A stretch of 64,000 nt of DNA from Clostridiales bacterium (lineage in GTDB: Bacteria > Bacillota > Clostridia > Saccharofermentanales > Saccharofermentanaceae). The stretch covers positions 48,573 to 112,572 of the forward strand of contig JAFWDK010000003.1 of NCBI GenBank assembly GCA_017513085.1. Direction: 5' to 3'. Shown one piece after another: positions 30,514 through 41,636 of the stretch. Made by a program: the position numbers and the translations under genes. The notes under the pieces are model-generated. The model saw only the letters and a program-made list of their open reading frames with translations, did no database searches and was not told where the DNA came from. The first letter of the stretch is position 1. Each line of letters starts with the position of its first letter.

Positions 30514-30613
30514 TTTCCGTACATCCTTTCTGTGTTTTTTCGCGCACTATACCCGGGGAAGGTGTTTTTCTCGTTGCCTTTCCCTGTATAGTGTTTCTTT
30601 ATCTGTTTTTTTC

Positions 30614-32353
30614 TTATTCGGCGATCTTCCAGGAAGCAGCCTCTTGCCTGTCGTGAATAAACTGCTTATAGATGCCCTCTGCTTTCACAAGTTCCTCATG
30701 ACTTCCATGCTGGACGATCCGCCCGTCATCGATCACAAAGATCTGATCAGCGTGGCGCACAGTCTTTAGGCGGTGCGCAATCATGATGATCGTCTTCTCC
30801 CTTGTCAGTTCCTCGATGGCCGATGTGAGCTCTGCTTCATTTTCCGGATCCACATTCGCCGTTGCTTCATCGAGAATGATGATCGGTGAATCTTTCAGGA
30901 TCGCTCTTGCAATGGAGATACGCTGCTTCTCACCTCCGGAAAGACTGGCTCCACCTTCTCCGATCACAGTATCATATCCATCCGGCAGAGTTCTTATGAA
31001 ATCATCGCAACGGGCTTTTTTCGCAGCAGCAATCACTTCGTTCATACTTGCATCGGGTTTGCCGAAACGGATGTTATTGGCGATCGTATCTTCGAAAAGA
31101 TATACTCTCTGAAATACGAAACTGAAGTTTCTCATCAGCGAATCGAAGCTATAGTCTTTCACGTTTCTTCCACCTAATTTGACTGCACCTTCATCCACAT
31201 CCCAGAAACGGGCAAGAAGATTGCACAGTGTCGTCTTTCCGCCTCCGGAAGGGCCGACGAATGCGGTAGTCGTCTTCTCCGGGATCGTAAGAGAAACATC
31301 GTTGATGATCTTCTTTTTGTCATATGAAAAACCGATATGCTCGACTGTGATCGAATGATCCTTCGGAGTGATCTCCTCCCCGTCAATATCCATCGGCGGC
31401 ATGTCCATGATCTCTTTTGCCTTGGTAACGGCAATGTTGATATTCCGCATCAGCGCAGAGAATATACCCATGATCTCAAGGCTTTCATATACCATAAAGG
31501 AAGAGATCATCATCATGATGCAGTAAAGAAGGGACATACTTCCATCAAAATAGAACTTCAACGATGCTATACACATCAGAACACCGGTGAGTTTAGTTGT
31601 TAACCCCTGAAGGAAGACATGAGGCATGACACAGAACTCCAGTTTAGTATCCGTCTTCACCTTGCCTGCTATGGCTTTTTCCAGTTTCTTTGCTGTCTTA
31701 TCCGTGAGATTATAGTTTTTTACCTCTGCAATCCCCTGAACATATTCGATCACTGCGGTAACGATTGCTTCATCCGCCTCATGCTTCATCGGCGCTACGG
31801 TCTTCGTACTTCTCTGCATAAACGTATTCCAAAGAATAAATACCACAATACCGGCAAGAAGGATCAGGCCGATCCTCCAGTCGAAGGCAAATACAAAAGC
31901 AGCGATCACAGCAGTGGTAAGAATTCCCTGCGAGACGACCATTACGATACGTGTTGCAATATCCGAGAGGCTTTCCATGACATTGGTCGTAACATTCGTG
32001 ATGGAACCAAGACTGTTATGATTGAAGAATCCCATCGGCAGATAGCGGAGATGTTCGGCGATCTCTATGCGTTTATGAGCACAGGAATGGTAGCCGGCCT
32101 CTGTCTGAAGCATCGTGATTTTCAGTCCGATCAGGATCTGACCGATCACGGATACCAGCATGATGCCTAAGGAAAGAAGGATCCTTCGGTTCGTCATGTC
32201 ATCTTCGATCACCCCTTGTGCGAAAACGGCAACAGCAGAAATCCGAAGGGCCGCAAACACGGCTTTCACCACACTGAGAACAATGGCCAGATAAAGTTTC
32301 TTTCTATCTCCTTCATTACAAAAATCGAAGAATTTTCTAAGTGTCGAAAACAT
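30614..32353 (-). CDS. ABC transporter fused permease/ATPase, IrtB/YbtQ-like
   Basis: IAEHLRYLPMGFF, GPSGGGKT, LDEATANVDPENE. Confidence 0.88.
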   Translation of the reverse strand: MFSTLRKFFDFCNEGDRKKLYLAIVLSVVKAVFAALRISAVAVFAQGVIEDDMTNRRILLSLGIMLVSVIGQILIGLKITMLQTEAGYHSCAHKRIEIAEHLRYLPMGFFNHNSLGSITNVTTNVMESLSDIATRIVMVVSQGILTTAVIAAFVFAFDWRIGLILLAGIVVFILWNTFMQRSTKTVAPMKHEADEAIVTAVIEYVQGIAEVKNYNLTDKTAKKLEKAIAGKVKTDTKLEFCVMPHVFLQGLTTKLTGVLMCIASLKFYFDGSMSLLYCIMMMISSFMVYESLEIMGIFSALMRNINIAVTKAKEIMDMPPMDIDGEEITPKDHSITVEHIGFSYDKKKIINDVSLTIPEKTTTAFVGPSGGGKTTLCNLLARFWDVDEGAVKLGGRNVKDYSFDSLMRNFSFVFQRVYLFEDTIANNIRFGKPDASMNEVIAAAKKARCDDFIRTLPDGYDTVIGEGGASLSGGEKQRISIARAILKDSPIIILDEATANVDPENEAELTSAIEELTREKTIIMIAHRLKTVRHADQIFVIDDGRIVQHGSHEELVKAEGIYKQFIHDRQEAASWKIAE

Positions 32354-32354
32354 C

Positions 32355-34115
32355 TCATTCCACCTCCTTTGAAAGAATATGGGCATCCCACATCTTACGG
32401 TACAGTCCGCTTTCACGGAGAAGTTCTTCCTGTTTACCGCATGCTTCGATGCTGCCCTGGTTCACAAGGATGATATTGTCTGCCGAAGCGATCGTAGAAA
32501 GGCGGTGCGCGATAACGATCAGCGTTTTCCCCCGGACCAGTTTCGCTACGCTCTTTTGTACCAGTGCTTCATTCTCCGGGTCTGTATAGGCCGTTGCTTC
32601 GTCAAGTATCACGACCGGAGCATCTTTCAGCATCGCACGCGCAATGGAGATCCTCTGGCGCTCTCCGCCGGACAGATGAGATCCGGCACCGCCGCAAATC
32701 GTCTGATATCCGTCTTCAAGACGCATAATGAAATCATGGCATCCGCATCTTTTCGCAGCATCAATTACCTGCTCATCTGTCGCTCCGGGATGACCCATAC
32801 GGATATTTTCCATGACTGTTTCATCAAAAAGATAGTTATCCTGTGAAACATACGCAATGTTCTGATTGTATACATCCAGCGGGATCTTACGGATATCTAC
32901 TCCACCGAGAAGAATCGCGCCTTCATTTACATCCCAGAAAGAAGCGATGAGCTTGGCGATCGTCGACTTTCCCGATCCCGAAGGGCCGACCAGTGCATTG
33001 ACTGTGCCTTCTTTGATATGAAGGTTTACACCGTGAAGCACTTCTTCTTTTTCATAGGCAAAATGGACATTTTTCAGTTCGATATCATAACCTTCGGGAA
33101 GTTCGGATACTTTATCCGGACGTTCCAGTTCCGGTTTGACGATAATGGATGTCGCCTCGCCGATAATTACCTGACATTTCTTCAGATCATCCAGATAATT
33201 GGCAATGACCAGAAATGGTGATACCAGACCAAGGGCAAGAATGATCAGCATAAAAGCATCACTTCCGCTGACCCATCCGCGGCTATAGAACCATCCCGCA
33301 AAAGGAACCAGAGAAAGAAGCTGCGCAGGAAGCATCGTCAGCGCCACATTCTGATACACGTTGCAGCTTCTCATCCACTCTATAAAACAGTCCGCGCCTT
33401 CCTTCGCCGCCGTGACAAACTTGGCGTAAGAGGTCTTTGCTTTACCGAAAGCCTTGATCACTTCGATACCGTTTATATACTCGACAGCAGTATCATTCAG
33501 CGCTTTTGTCTTATCAATGGTATTCTGGAAACGCTCTCCGGCACCGATAAATTCAAAACTGAAGAAAAGAGCACCAATCGGAAGTGAAAGGAGAGAAAGA
33601 AGCGCGAGTTTCCAGTTGATCGTCAGCATATATACGAAGACGACGATCGGGATCAGGAGATTCGAGGTCACTTCCGGAAGAATATGTGCCATAGTTGTCT
33701 CCACTGAATCGACACGCTCGATAATGATGTTCTTATATGTTCCGGACGATTCAGAAAGAACGTCTCCGAGTGGCATCTTCGCCATATGCTTCGTTATCCT
33801 TCTTCGGATATTCCCGAGTACTTCAAAGGTCGCTCTATGAGAGAGCGCTGTTGAGATCGTATGCATCAGTCGGTTCAGTACCCAGCAGATCGCAACAAAG
33901 AGCAGCTGACGATAGCAGAATGTGCTATCCGCATTTCCGGAAAGGAGTTCTTTGACGATCCTACCGATAAAAATATATGGCAAAAAGCCAAAAGCAACGC
34001 TGAGTATAGCAAGTACTATACTTGCGACATAATAACTTTTCTTTGTCCCGGCAAATTCCACGACCCAGCTTACCGTTGACCTTGGTTTTACCTTTGATGT
34101 GTTTTTTTCCATCAC
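32355..34115 (-). CDS. ABC transporter fused permease/ATPase, IrtA/YbtP-like
   Basis: VETTMAHILPE, VEYINGIEVIKAF, LDEATAYTDPENE. Confidence 0.88.
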   Translation of the reverse strand: MMEKNTSKVKPRSTVSWVVEFAGTKKSYYVASIVLAILSVAFGFLPYIFIGRIVKELLSGNADSTFCYRQLLFVAICWVLNRLMHTISTALSHRATFEVLGNIRRRITKHMAKMPLGDVLSESSGTYKNIIIERVDSVETTMAHILPEVTSNLLIPIVVFVYMLTINWKLALLSLLSLPIGALFFSFEFIGAGERFQNTIDKTKALNDTAVEYINGIEVIKAFGKAKTSYAKFVTAAKEGADCFIEWMRSCNVYQNVALTMLPAQLLSLVPFAGWFYSRGWVSGSDAFMLIILALGLVSPFLVIANYLDDLKKCQVIIGEATSIIVKPELERPDKVSELPEGYDIELKNVHFAYEKEEVLHGVNLHIKEGTVNALVGPSGSGKSTIAKLIASFWDVNEGAILLGGVDIRKIPLDVYNQNIAYVSQDNYLFDETVMENIRMGHPGATDEQVIDAAKRCGCHDFIMRLEDGYQTICGGAGSHLSGGERQRISIARAMLKDAPVVILDEATAYTDPENEALVQKSVAKLVRGKTLIVIAHRLSTIASADNIILVNQGSIEACGKQEELLRESGLYRKMWDAHILSKEVE

Positions 34116-34184
34116 TCACCCCTCCTTGTCTTATCTCAACCGGCAGATGGAATACCGGAGAGAAAATCTGGTGAACATTATGTG

Positions 34185-34200
34185 GTTAGCGTACGCTAAC
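34185..34200. promoter_or_regulatory. Box GTTAGCGTACGCTAAC upstream of ABC pair
   Basis: Perfect 16-bp palindrome. Confidence 0.88.
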
Positions 34201-34208
34201 TGCTGTAC

Positions 34209-34242
34209 AAAAAGAAAAGCGACCAGGTCGCTTCTTTTGTTT
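34209..34242. terminator. Short intrinsic terminator after TetR gene
   Basis: AAGCGAC-CAG-GTCGCTT stem with A/T runs on both sides. Confidence 0.55.
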
Positions 34243-34857
34243 TCAGAAACCAAGCACCGCCCGCCATCCGGGGATGAAGAATTTCTCAAGAGTCTTCGCA
34301 TAGTGCATCGCCTGCTCTTTGGTGAAATCATGTTCTACCGCCGCTACAACTGCATCGATGTTCATAGTCACCAAAAGATGCATCTCCTCATCTGAAACCT
34401 CATTGACCGTGAATCCATTCTTCCTCGCATTCGCTATATATTCATGGGTATTTTTTTCTTCCATAAGAGCAATATCATGAACGAAATTGGCATACCTTGT
34501 TCCCTGGGAAGAGCAGATGATCAGTTTAAATGCATCAAGGTGCGAATAGATATAATCCAGCATGATCGAAGTGGAAGAAGAATCTTCCCACACGCGCGTT
34601 GTTTCCGGAAGATTCAGTGTCTCATTTTCTTTCTTTGCCAGATCATCGTACAAAAGCATCATGCCGTCGATAGCCGGATCCACAAGTGCCGAAAACATCT
34701 CTTCTTTACTCTCGAAATGTTTGTAAAGACCGGATGCACTCATTCCGGCAGCAGAAGCGATCCTGCGCATAGATGCGTCCATAAAACCGTATGTACGAAA
34801 CTCTTCGTATGCCGCTTTCATGATCAGATCGTGATGTGCTTTCTTATCGCGAACCAT
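34243..34857 (-). CDS. TetR/AcrR-family regulator
   Basis: EFRTYGFMDASMRRIASAAGMSASGLYKHF HTH. Confidence 0.9.
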   Translation of the reverse strand: MVRDKKAHHDLIMKAAYEEFRTYGFMDASMRRIASAAGMSASGLYKHFESKEEMFSALVDPAIDGMMLLYDDLAKKENETLNLPETTRVWEDSSSTSIMLDYIYSHLDAFKLIICSSQGTRYANFVHDIALMEEKNTHEYIANARKNGFTVNEVSDEEMHLLVTMNIDAVVAAVEHDFTKEQAMHYAKTLEKFFIPGWRAVLGF

Positions 34858-34886
34858 TTATCTTCCTTTCCAGATATTCAAAACAT

Positions 34887-34946
34887 ATTTAGCGAACAGT
34901 GTTTACTAACCGTAGTTAGAGTACACCGTTCGCTAAATCTTGTCAA
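34887..34946 (-). promoter_or_regulatory. TetR gene promoter (TTGACA-17-TACTCT) within a 52-bp imperfect inverted repeat, probable autoregulatory operators
   Basis: ATTTAGCGAAC(34887)...GTTCGCTAAAT(34938), containing two TTAGnGnAC-N3-GTTnnCTAA units. Confidence 0.55.
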
Positions 34947-34974
34947 CATGTTTTTTTCTTCTTTCAGGAAATCA

Positions 34975-35023
34975 TTGACGGATTTGGATGAACCCGATAA
35001 GATTGTAGTTAGCATACACTAAC
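34975..35023 (+). promoter_or_regulatory. xylA promoter (TTGACG-17-TAAGAT) followed by box GTTAGCATACACTAAC (35008-35023)
   Basis: -35 34975-34980, -10 34998-35003; box has one mismatch and spans the predicted +1. Confidence 0.75.
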
Positions 35024-35063
35024 TCGTTGTGCAAATTCACTATTATAAAATGGAGGTATCACT

Positions 35064-36392
35064 ATGAGTGAAATTTTTAAGGGTATCCCTCAGATCAAGT
35101 ATGAAGGACCAGAAAGCAAGAATCCGATGGCATTTAAGTACTATGATCCTGACCGAGTCGTTCTGGGAAAGAAAATGAGCGAGCAGCTTCCGTTTGCTAT
35201 GGCATGGTGGCATAACCTTTGTGCCAATGGCGTAGATATGTTCGGACGCGGCACGGCAGACAAACGCTTCGGGGCTGAGACTGAAGGAACAATGGAGCAC
35301 GCCAAGGCGAAAGTAGACGCCGGTATCGAGTTCATGAAGAAACTCGGCATTAAATACTTCTGCTTCCATGATGTCGATCTCGTTCCGGAAGCGGATGATA
35401 TTAACGAAACCAACAAAAGACTGGATGAGATCACGGATTATATCCTTGAGAAGACTTCCGGTACCGACATTAAGTGTCTCTGGGGTACAGCCAACATGTT
35501 CAGTAATCCCCGTTTCATGAATGGCGCCGGTAGTACAAATGATCTGGATGTTTATTGCTTTGCCGCAGCGCAGGTCAAGAAAGCCATCGAACTTACTGTA
35601 AAGCTCGGCGGACGAGGATACGTTTTCTGGGGTGGCCGCGAAGGCTACGAGACCCTTCTGAATACCAAGGTCAAATTCGAGCAGGAGAACATCGCCAACC
35701 TGATGAAAATGGCCAGAGATTATGGAAGAAAAATCGGATTTACCGGGACTTTCCTGATCGAACCGAAGCCGAAAGAGCCGATGAAGCACCAGTATGACTT
35801 CGATGCGGCAACAGCGATCGGATTCCTGAAAGAATACGGCCTGGACAAGGACTTCATGATGAATATTGAAGCGAATCACGCAACTCTGGCAGGTCATACA
35901 TTCCAGCATGAACTTCGTATCAGCCGCATCAACAACATGCTCGGTTCCATCGATGCGAACCAGGGCGATATCATGCTGGGCTGGGATACGGACTGCTTCC
36001 CGAGCAACGTATATGACACGACACTTGCTATGTATGAGATCCTGAAGAATGGCGGCCTTCCGGTCGGCATCAACTTCGACTCGAAGAACAGACGTCCGAG
36101 CAATACCTATGAGGATATGTTCTATGCGTTCATTCTGGGTATGGATTCCTTTGCTTATGGTCTTCTGAAGGCTGCAGAGATGATCGAGGACGGCCGCCTC
36201 GAGAAGAATATCGAAGAACGTTACGCTTCCTTCTCTTCCGAACTCGGACAGAAAGTAAGATCCGGAGAGTCCACGCTTGAAGAACTGGCAGCAAGAGCTG
36301 CCGAACTGAAGGCTCCTCAGAATCCTGTATCCGGTAAACAGGAATACCTCGAGGGTGTTCTCAATAATATTATTCTATCGAATAACGATTGA
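35064..36392 (+). CDS. xylA: Xylose isomerase (class II)
   Basis: AWWH, FHDVD, FWGGREGY, IEPKPKEP, NIEANHATLAGH, GWDTD; GGAGG RBS. Confidence 0.97.
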   Translation: MSEIFKGIPQIKYEGPESKNPMAFKYYDPDRVVLGKKMSEQLPFAMAWWHNLCANGVDMFGRGTADKRFGAETEGTMEHAKAKVDAGIEFMKKLGIKYFCFHDVDLVPEADDINETNKRLDEITDYILEKTSGTDIKCLWGTANMFSNPRFMNGAGSTNDLDVYCFAAAQVKKAIELTVKLGGRGYVFWGGREGYETLLNTKVKFEQENIANLMKMARDYGRKIGFTGTFLIEPKPKEPMKHQYDFDAATAIGFLKEYGLDKDFMMNIEANHATLAGHTFQHELRISRINNMLGSIDANQGDIMLGWDTDCFPSNVYDTTLAMYEILKNGGLPVGINFDSKNRRPSNTYEDMFYAFILGMDSFAYGLLKAAEMIEDGRLEKNIEERYASFSSELGQKVRSGESTLEELAARAAELKAPQNPVSGKQEYLEGVLNNIILSNND

Positions 36393-36444
36393 CAAAAGAA
36401 CTCCTCGATGGTATAAAGAAATGAGTTAGCATATGCTAACTCAT
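36389..36444 (+). promoter_or_regulatory. Orphan promoter (TTGACA-17-TATAAA, extended TG) followed by perfect box within 24-bp palindrome
   Basis: -35 36389-36394, -10 36412-36417, ATGAGTTAGCATATGCTAACTCAT 36421-36444. Confidence 0.8.
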
Positions 36445-36608
36445 ATCTTAATTCTAAATTCCCTCCCGCGAGTGCTTTTCTGGAATGGGCACAGGGAGGG
36501 AATTAATTATTCTAAAAAAGTTTCACATCGATCCTTCGTCAAATATACGAAAGAAACGGTCCTGTCAGTGATATCCTCACCGCAGGACCGTTTCAGCGTA
36601 TATCTTTT
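36424..36608 (+). ncRNA. Candidate metal-repressed small RNA between convergent xylA and eno
   Basis: Promoter and operator with no downstream sense gene; hairpins at 36457-36504 and 36543-36603; 3' end uncertain. Confidence 0.45.
36543..36608. terminator. Long bidirectional terminator-like hairpin between xylA and eno
   Basis: GAAACGGTCCTG(36553-36564)...CAGGACCGTTTC(36583-36594), extended by ATATACG/CGTATAT. Confidence 0.7.
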
Positions 36609-36618
36609 CCTAGAAGAG

Positions 36619-38063
<1,445 letters not shown>

Positions 38064-38173
38064 CAGATCATCCACGAATACTTTTGGGAGCAACAATGTC
38101 AAAAGGTTTACCCCATGAACTCTTCGCCTGGTCTGCAGTCAATTCAGTAGTTTCTATCACAGACAAAGCTATC

Positions 38174-39172
38174 TCATTCGAACTCAGAGATGGAAACATG
38201 CTCTCCTTTCCGGATCCTGTTCCGAAGGGTCATCAGTTCATGATCCTTTTTCTCTGCCAGGAGCAGAACGGCCGCTTCCTGATCATCCCGATGGATGATC
38301 TTATCAATACGGCCATTTCTGATCACGATACGTTTCGGAGACATCAGGGAAAGAATCGGGTCATGGGTCGCGATCAAGACGATCTTATCATTACCTGTCA
38401 GAAGCTCCATCGCCTTTCTTCGATCGATACCTGCATTTTCGATCTCATCGATCAAAACGATCGGCGCACGTGAGAGGTAGGCACAGTCTGCAATCATCAG
38501 CGCACGTGACTGTCCTCCGCTTAAGGCTGTCACCGCGGTATCCCGGGAAAAAGGCTCACCAGCCAGGGAAACAGCTACCTCATACACTTTCTGCACTTTC
38601 CCGGGGATCTCTTCCTTTCTGAGGAAACACTCGGCATGCATGGTAAGAAATTCTTCCACATTCATATCCAGGACGAAATTCATATTCTGCGAAAGCTGAG
38701 CGATCGAACGTCTTCTTTCGCCTGTTTTGAGCCATTCTTCCTTATTTTTTCCGTCAATCAGTATCGTTCTCTGTGTCGGAGTGTCCTTTAGTGCCTGCCA
38801 CTCGATATCTTCCAGGAGGCGGCTCTTTCCGGAGCCGGTTTCACCGACAATGGCGATCATTTCACCTTTTCGGATAGTTATAGGATCGAAGCACTCACTC
38901 GCACCATCTTTCCCAACTCCCGGAATGATCGTGATGGATCCGACACTTCGGATCTCCTCGGAGAGACATTCCGACGCACTTCGGAGATAGGCAGAAAATT
39001 CCTCTTCCACTTCGTTTCGGCTCATCTTTCTCTGCTCGAAAAATGAATCCGGAAGCTCCATCAGGTTTTCAGAAAAGCTCTTTTCCTTATCCCAGATCAC
39101 CTCAAAGTCATCCAGATAGTATGGCAGATAGGGGTAGTCCTTCTCCAGTTGCAAAAGCGGGATCGTCAGCAT
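38174..39172 (-). CDS. Stand-alone ABC-type ATPase with N-terminal extension
   Basis: GETGSGKS, LSGGQSR, LIDEIE, ATHD; no cognate permease of its own. Confidence 0.8.
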   Translation of the reverse strand: MLTIPLLQLEKDYPYLPYYLDDFEVIWDKEKSFSENLMELPDSFFEQRKMSRNEVEEEFSAYLRSASECLSEEIRSVGSITIIPGVGKDGASECFDPITIRKGEMIAIVGETGSGKSRLLEDIEWQALKDTPTQRTILIDGKNKEEWLKTGERRRSIAQLSQNMNFVLDMNVEEFLTMHAECFLRKEEIPGKVQKVYEVAVSLAGEPFSRDTAVTALSGGQSRALMIADCAYLSRAPIVLIDEIENAGIDRRKAMELLTGNDKIVLIATHDPILSLMSPKRIVIRNGRIDKIIHRDDQEAAVLLLAEKKDHELMTLRNRIRKGEHVSISEFE

Positions 39173-39188
39173 TCATGTACCTTCTTTC

Positions 39189-39872
39189 TCAGATCTTGAT
39201 GTGTTTAACGTTTCCGATCTGGTACTCGGTTCCTATCTTTGTTTCACCTAAACAATAGGAACAGAGCGCCATAGGCATCGGAAAACGAAGCGTCTCATTT
39301 TCGATTTCTCTCTCCATAGCCATATTCCGGATCGCCCGTGTGATCTCTGAAATTCCCTGTCCGGTAAGCCCGTTGACAGGAAATATCAGTGCTTTTGGAT
39401 TAGAGGTCTCAACTCTTCGCATGAACACTTCTCTTTCTGCTTGAGAAACGATATCTCCTTTTGTAATAAGTACAATATCTGCCAGTTTCAGGAGAGGACC
39501 GATTTTTCTGGGAGCCCGGATCCCGCTTAACTGATCGATCACACAGACAGCCAGCACATTTTTGATGTAGGGCGAGCATCGGTTACAAAGGCCGGCACTC
39601 TCCGTAAAAAGATAGTCCAGCTCTTCCTTTTTCCCCCAATCATAGACAGTCTGAATATTCGTGATGTAATAGTGATCGGGACAAAGTTCGGAAGAAAGTC
39701 CCTTTGCCGATGGGATCCCGGCCTGACTATAGGTCTTGTCGTCTTCGGTCTGGAGGCAGTCAAACTTACACGCCCCCACTTTACTTCCATCTCTCATAAT
39801 TTCTTTTAAGATCCGCGTCATAACGGTAGTTTTGCCCGTTGCAGGCGGTCCGGCAAAGGTTACCAGCTTCAT
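39189..39872 (-). CDS. HypB/UreG-like (G3E) Cys-rich GTPase
   Basis: GPPATGKT, KFDC, LCPDH, ESAGLCNRC, ITKGD, C-terminal CSYC. Confidence 0.8.
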   Translation of the reverse strand: MKLVTFAGPPATGKTTVMTRILKEIMRDGSKVGACKFDCLQTEDDKTYSQAGIPSAKGLSSELCPDHYYITNIQTVYDWGKKEELDYLFTESAGLCNRCSPYIKNVLAVCVIDQLSGIRAPRKIGPLLKLADIVLITKGDIVSQAEREVFMRRVETSNPKALIFPVNGLTGQGISEITRAIRNMAMEREIENETLRFPMPMALCSYCLGETKIGTEYQIGNVKHIKI

Positions 39873-40798
39873 TACTTTTCCTCCGTCATGATCTTCTTAC
39901 ATCTTTGGATTATTTCCGGAAGGGAGGGATCATAGAGATACTCCCAGCCGACAAAGCGAAGACTTCCGGGAAGAGCATTGACAACACCTGTAATGTTACT
40001 CGGGAAGAATCCCTTCTCTCGGAAGATCCTGCCGGCCTCCTCGCGGCAGAGGATGGACATGAGCCTTTCCGCCTCGGGATTTGATTTTGAAGTTACAACA
40101 AGTGGCAGGATCGGTGCACCATCGCTGAACCAGATGAGTTTCATTCCCTTCTGACGGGCTTTGATCTCCCCGAAGATCCAAGGCATCAGGTAGATATATG
40201 GTTTTTCGCCTTCGATTCCACCCGGCTTGATCATCTGTGAGGGATGCACGATCGCACAGATATTCTTTCTTAATCGTCTGATTCCCTCGTCTCCCGCAAC
40301 TTGATGAATATATGTCAGAATGATCCCGTCAAACATGTGGCCGTCATCCGGAAATGCAATACTGTTTTCAAACTCACCCGAAAGCAGGTCAGAAAAAGCC
40401 TTCGGTTCACTTCTTCCCTTCGACTGATCGGTATCCACGACCATGACCAGAGGAATGCACGAATAGATATCAAACATTCCTTTCGGATCAGAAAAGGAAG
40501 CAAACGCCGGATTCCCGAGAAGTGTTTCTCCTGATGCATGAAATCCTTTTTCTTTTATGACAGGATGATTGACGAGACCTTCGATACCTGTCCCCATGAA
40601 AACATCCGGATCACACTCTTTAAAGATCTTATCGACCCAGGATAAACCGAACTCCGCTAATGCGATGTTATATTCTTTCCGGTCAGAGATATACTCATCC
40701 AGATAATCCTGAAAAGGAAGCTGCACCACACATGGAACACGTCCGACCAGTTTCGCTTCTTTATTCTCTGCTGTGTAATGAAGTTCTTCTTCTCTCAC
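39872..40798 (-). CDS. Substrate-binding-fold protein lacking a signal peptide
   Basis: GRVPC, PLVMVVD, PKAFSDLL, HPSQM, WFSDGAP; GTG 40798 after GGAGG, start uncertain. Confidence 0.6.
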   Translation of the reverse strand: MREEELHYTAENKEAKLVGRVPCVVQLPFQDYLDEYISDRKEYNIALAEFGLSWVDKIFKECDPDVFMGTGIEGLVNHPVIKEKGFHASGETLLGNPAFASFSDPKGMFDIYSCIPLVMVVDTDQSKGRSEPKAFSDLLSGEFENSIAFPDDGHMFDGIILTYIHQVAGDEGIRRLRKNICAIVHPSQMIKPGGIEGEKPYIYLMPWIFGEIKARQKGMKLIWFSDGAPILPLVVTSKSNPEAERLMSILCREEAGRIFREKGFFPSNITGVVNALPGSLRFVGWEYLYDPSLPEIIQRCKKIMTEEK

Positions 40799-41636
40799 GA
40801 AATCGATTCCTCCCTTCGACAACTGTCACCTGTTCGCTTATGTCCCGACTGAGTACATCAATGGGTAGTACACATACATGTCTTTTCTCTTCGATCATAA
40901 AATCACGGATCCGCACATCAACATCAAAAGCCCTGCAAAGATTTTCTTCGGAAATCACTTCGTTTGCATTTCCGAATGAATTGCTTCCATCACGATTCAG
41001 GATCAGGGCTTTATCGGATATAGCCAGCGCGTGCTCCGGATAGTGAGTATTTACAATGGATGAGATGCCCCGTTCTCTGCACAGCTTATGGATCGTATTG
41101 ATGACGATCAGCTGGTTTTTAAAGTCGAGATTCGACTCCGGTTCATCCAGTATCAGAAGTTCAGGATCTGTAGCTAATGCTCTGGCAATAAGGACCATCT
41201 GCAGTTCACCACCGGAGATCTCATTACACAGCTTCCCGCGAAGCCGGCTCATCCCGACCATATCCAGACATTCTTCCGCAAAGCGGTAGTCTTTCTTCGT
41301 CGGCTGCGCCAGTATTCCCAGGTGGGCATTTCGTCCGAGAAGAACCATCTCTTCTGTGGTATAGGAGAATGCGGAGCGCTTTGCCTGCGGCACATATCCT
41401 ATCTTCTTCCAGATCTCCTGGTTCTTCCATTCGTGCCATGGTTTACCATTGATATATGTACTGCCGGCACGCCATGGAAGGAAGCCGAGCGTGCATTTCA
41501 GCAGAGTCGTCTTGCCGACACCATTTGATCCCAGGATCGAAAGGATCTCTCCCTCTTTGACAGAGAAAGAAAGGTTTTTAAGGATGTCAGGTCCTTTCTT
41601 ATATCCGAATGATGCATCTTTCACCTCAAAGATCAT
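40761..41636 (-). CDS. Iron-chelate/cobalamin-type ABC ATPase (FecE/BtuD-like)
   Basis: GSNGVGKT, IGYVPQ, VLLGR, ISGGELQ, LDEPESNLD. Confidence 0.88.
   Translation of the reverse strand: MIFEVKDASFGYKKGPDILKNLSFSVKEGEILSILGSNGVGKTTLLKCTLGFLPWRAGSTYINGKPWHEWKNQEIWKKIGYVPQAKRSAFSYTTEEMVLLGRNAHLGILAQPTKKDYRFAEECLDMVGMSRLRGKLCNEISGGELQMVLIARALATDPELLILDEPESNLDFKNQLIVINTIHKLCRERGISSIVNTHYPEHALAISDKALILNRDGSNSFGNANEVISEENLCRAFDVDVRIRDFMIEEKRHVCVLPIDVLSRDISEQVTVVEGRNRFRERRRTSLHSRE

Noticed and set aside
35043-35909. 288-aa minus-strand ORF
   Set aside because: Antisense shadow of xylA with no recognisable motifs
38068-38199. 43-aa minus-strand ORF overlapping the ATPase 3' end
   Set aside because: SD-like AAGGAG is only 3 nt from the ATG and there is no motif; unsupported
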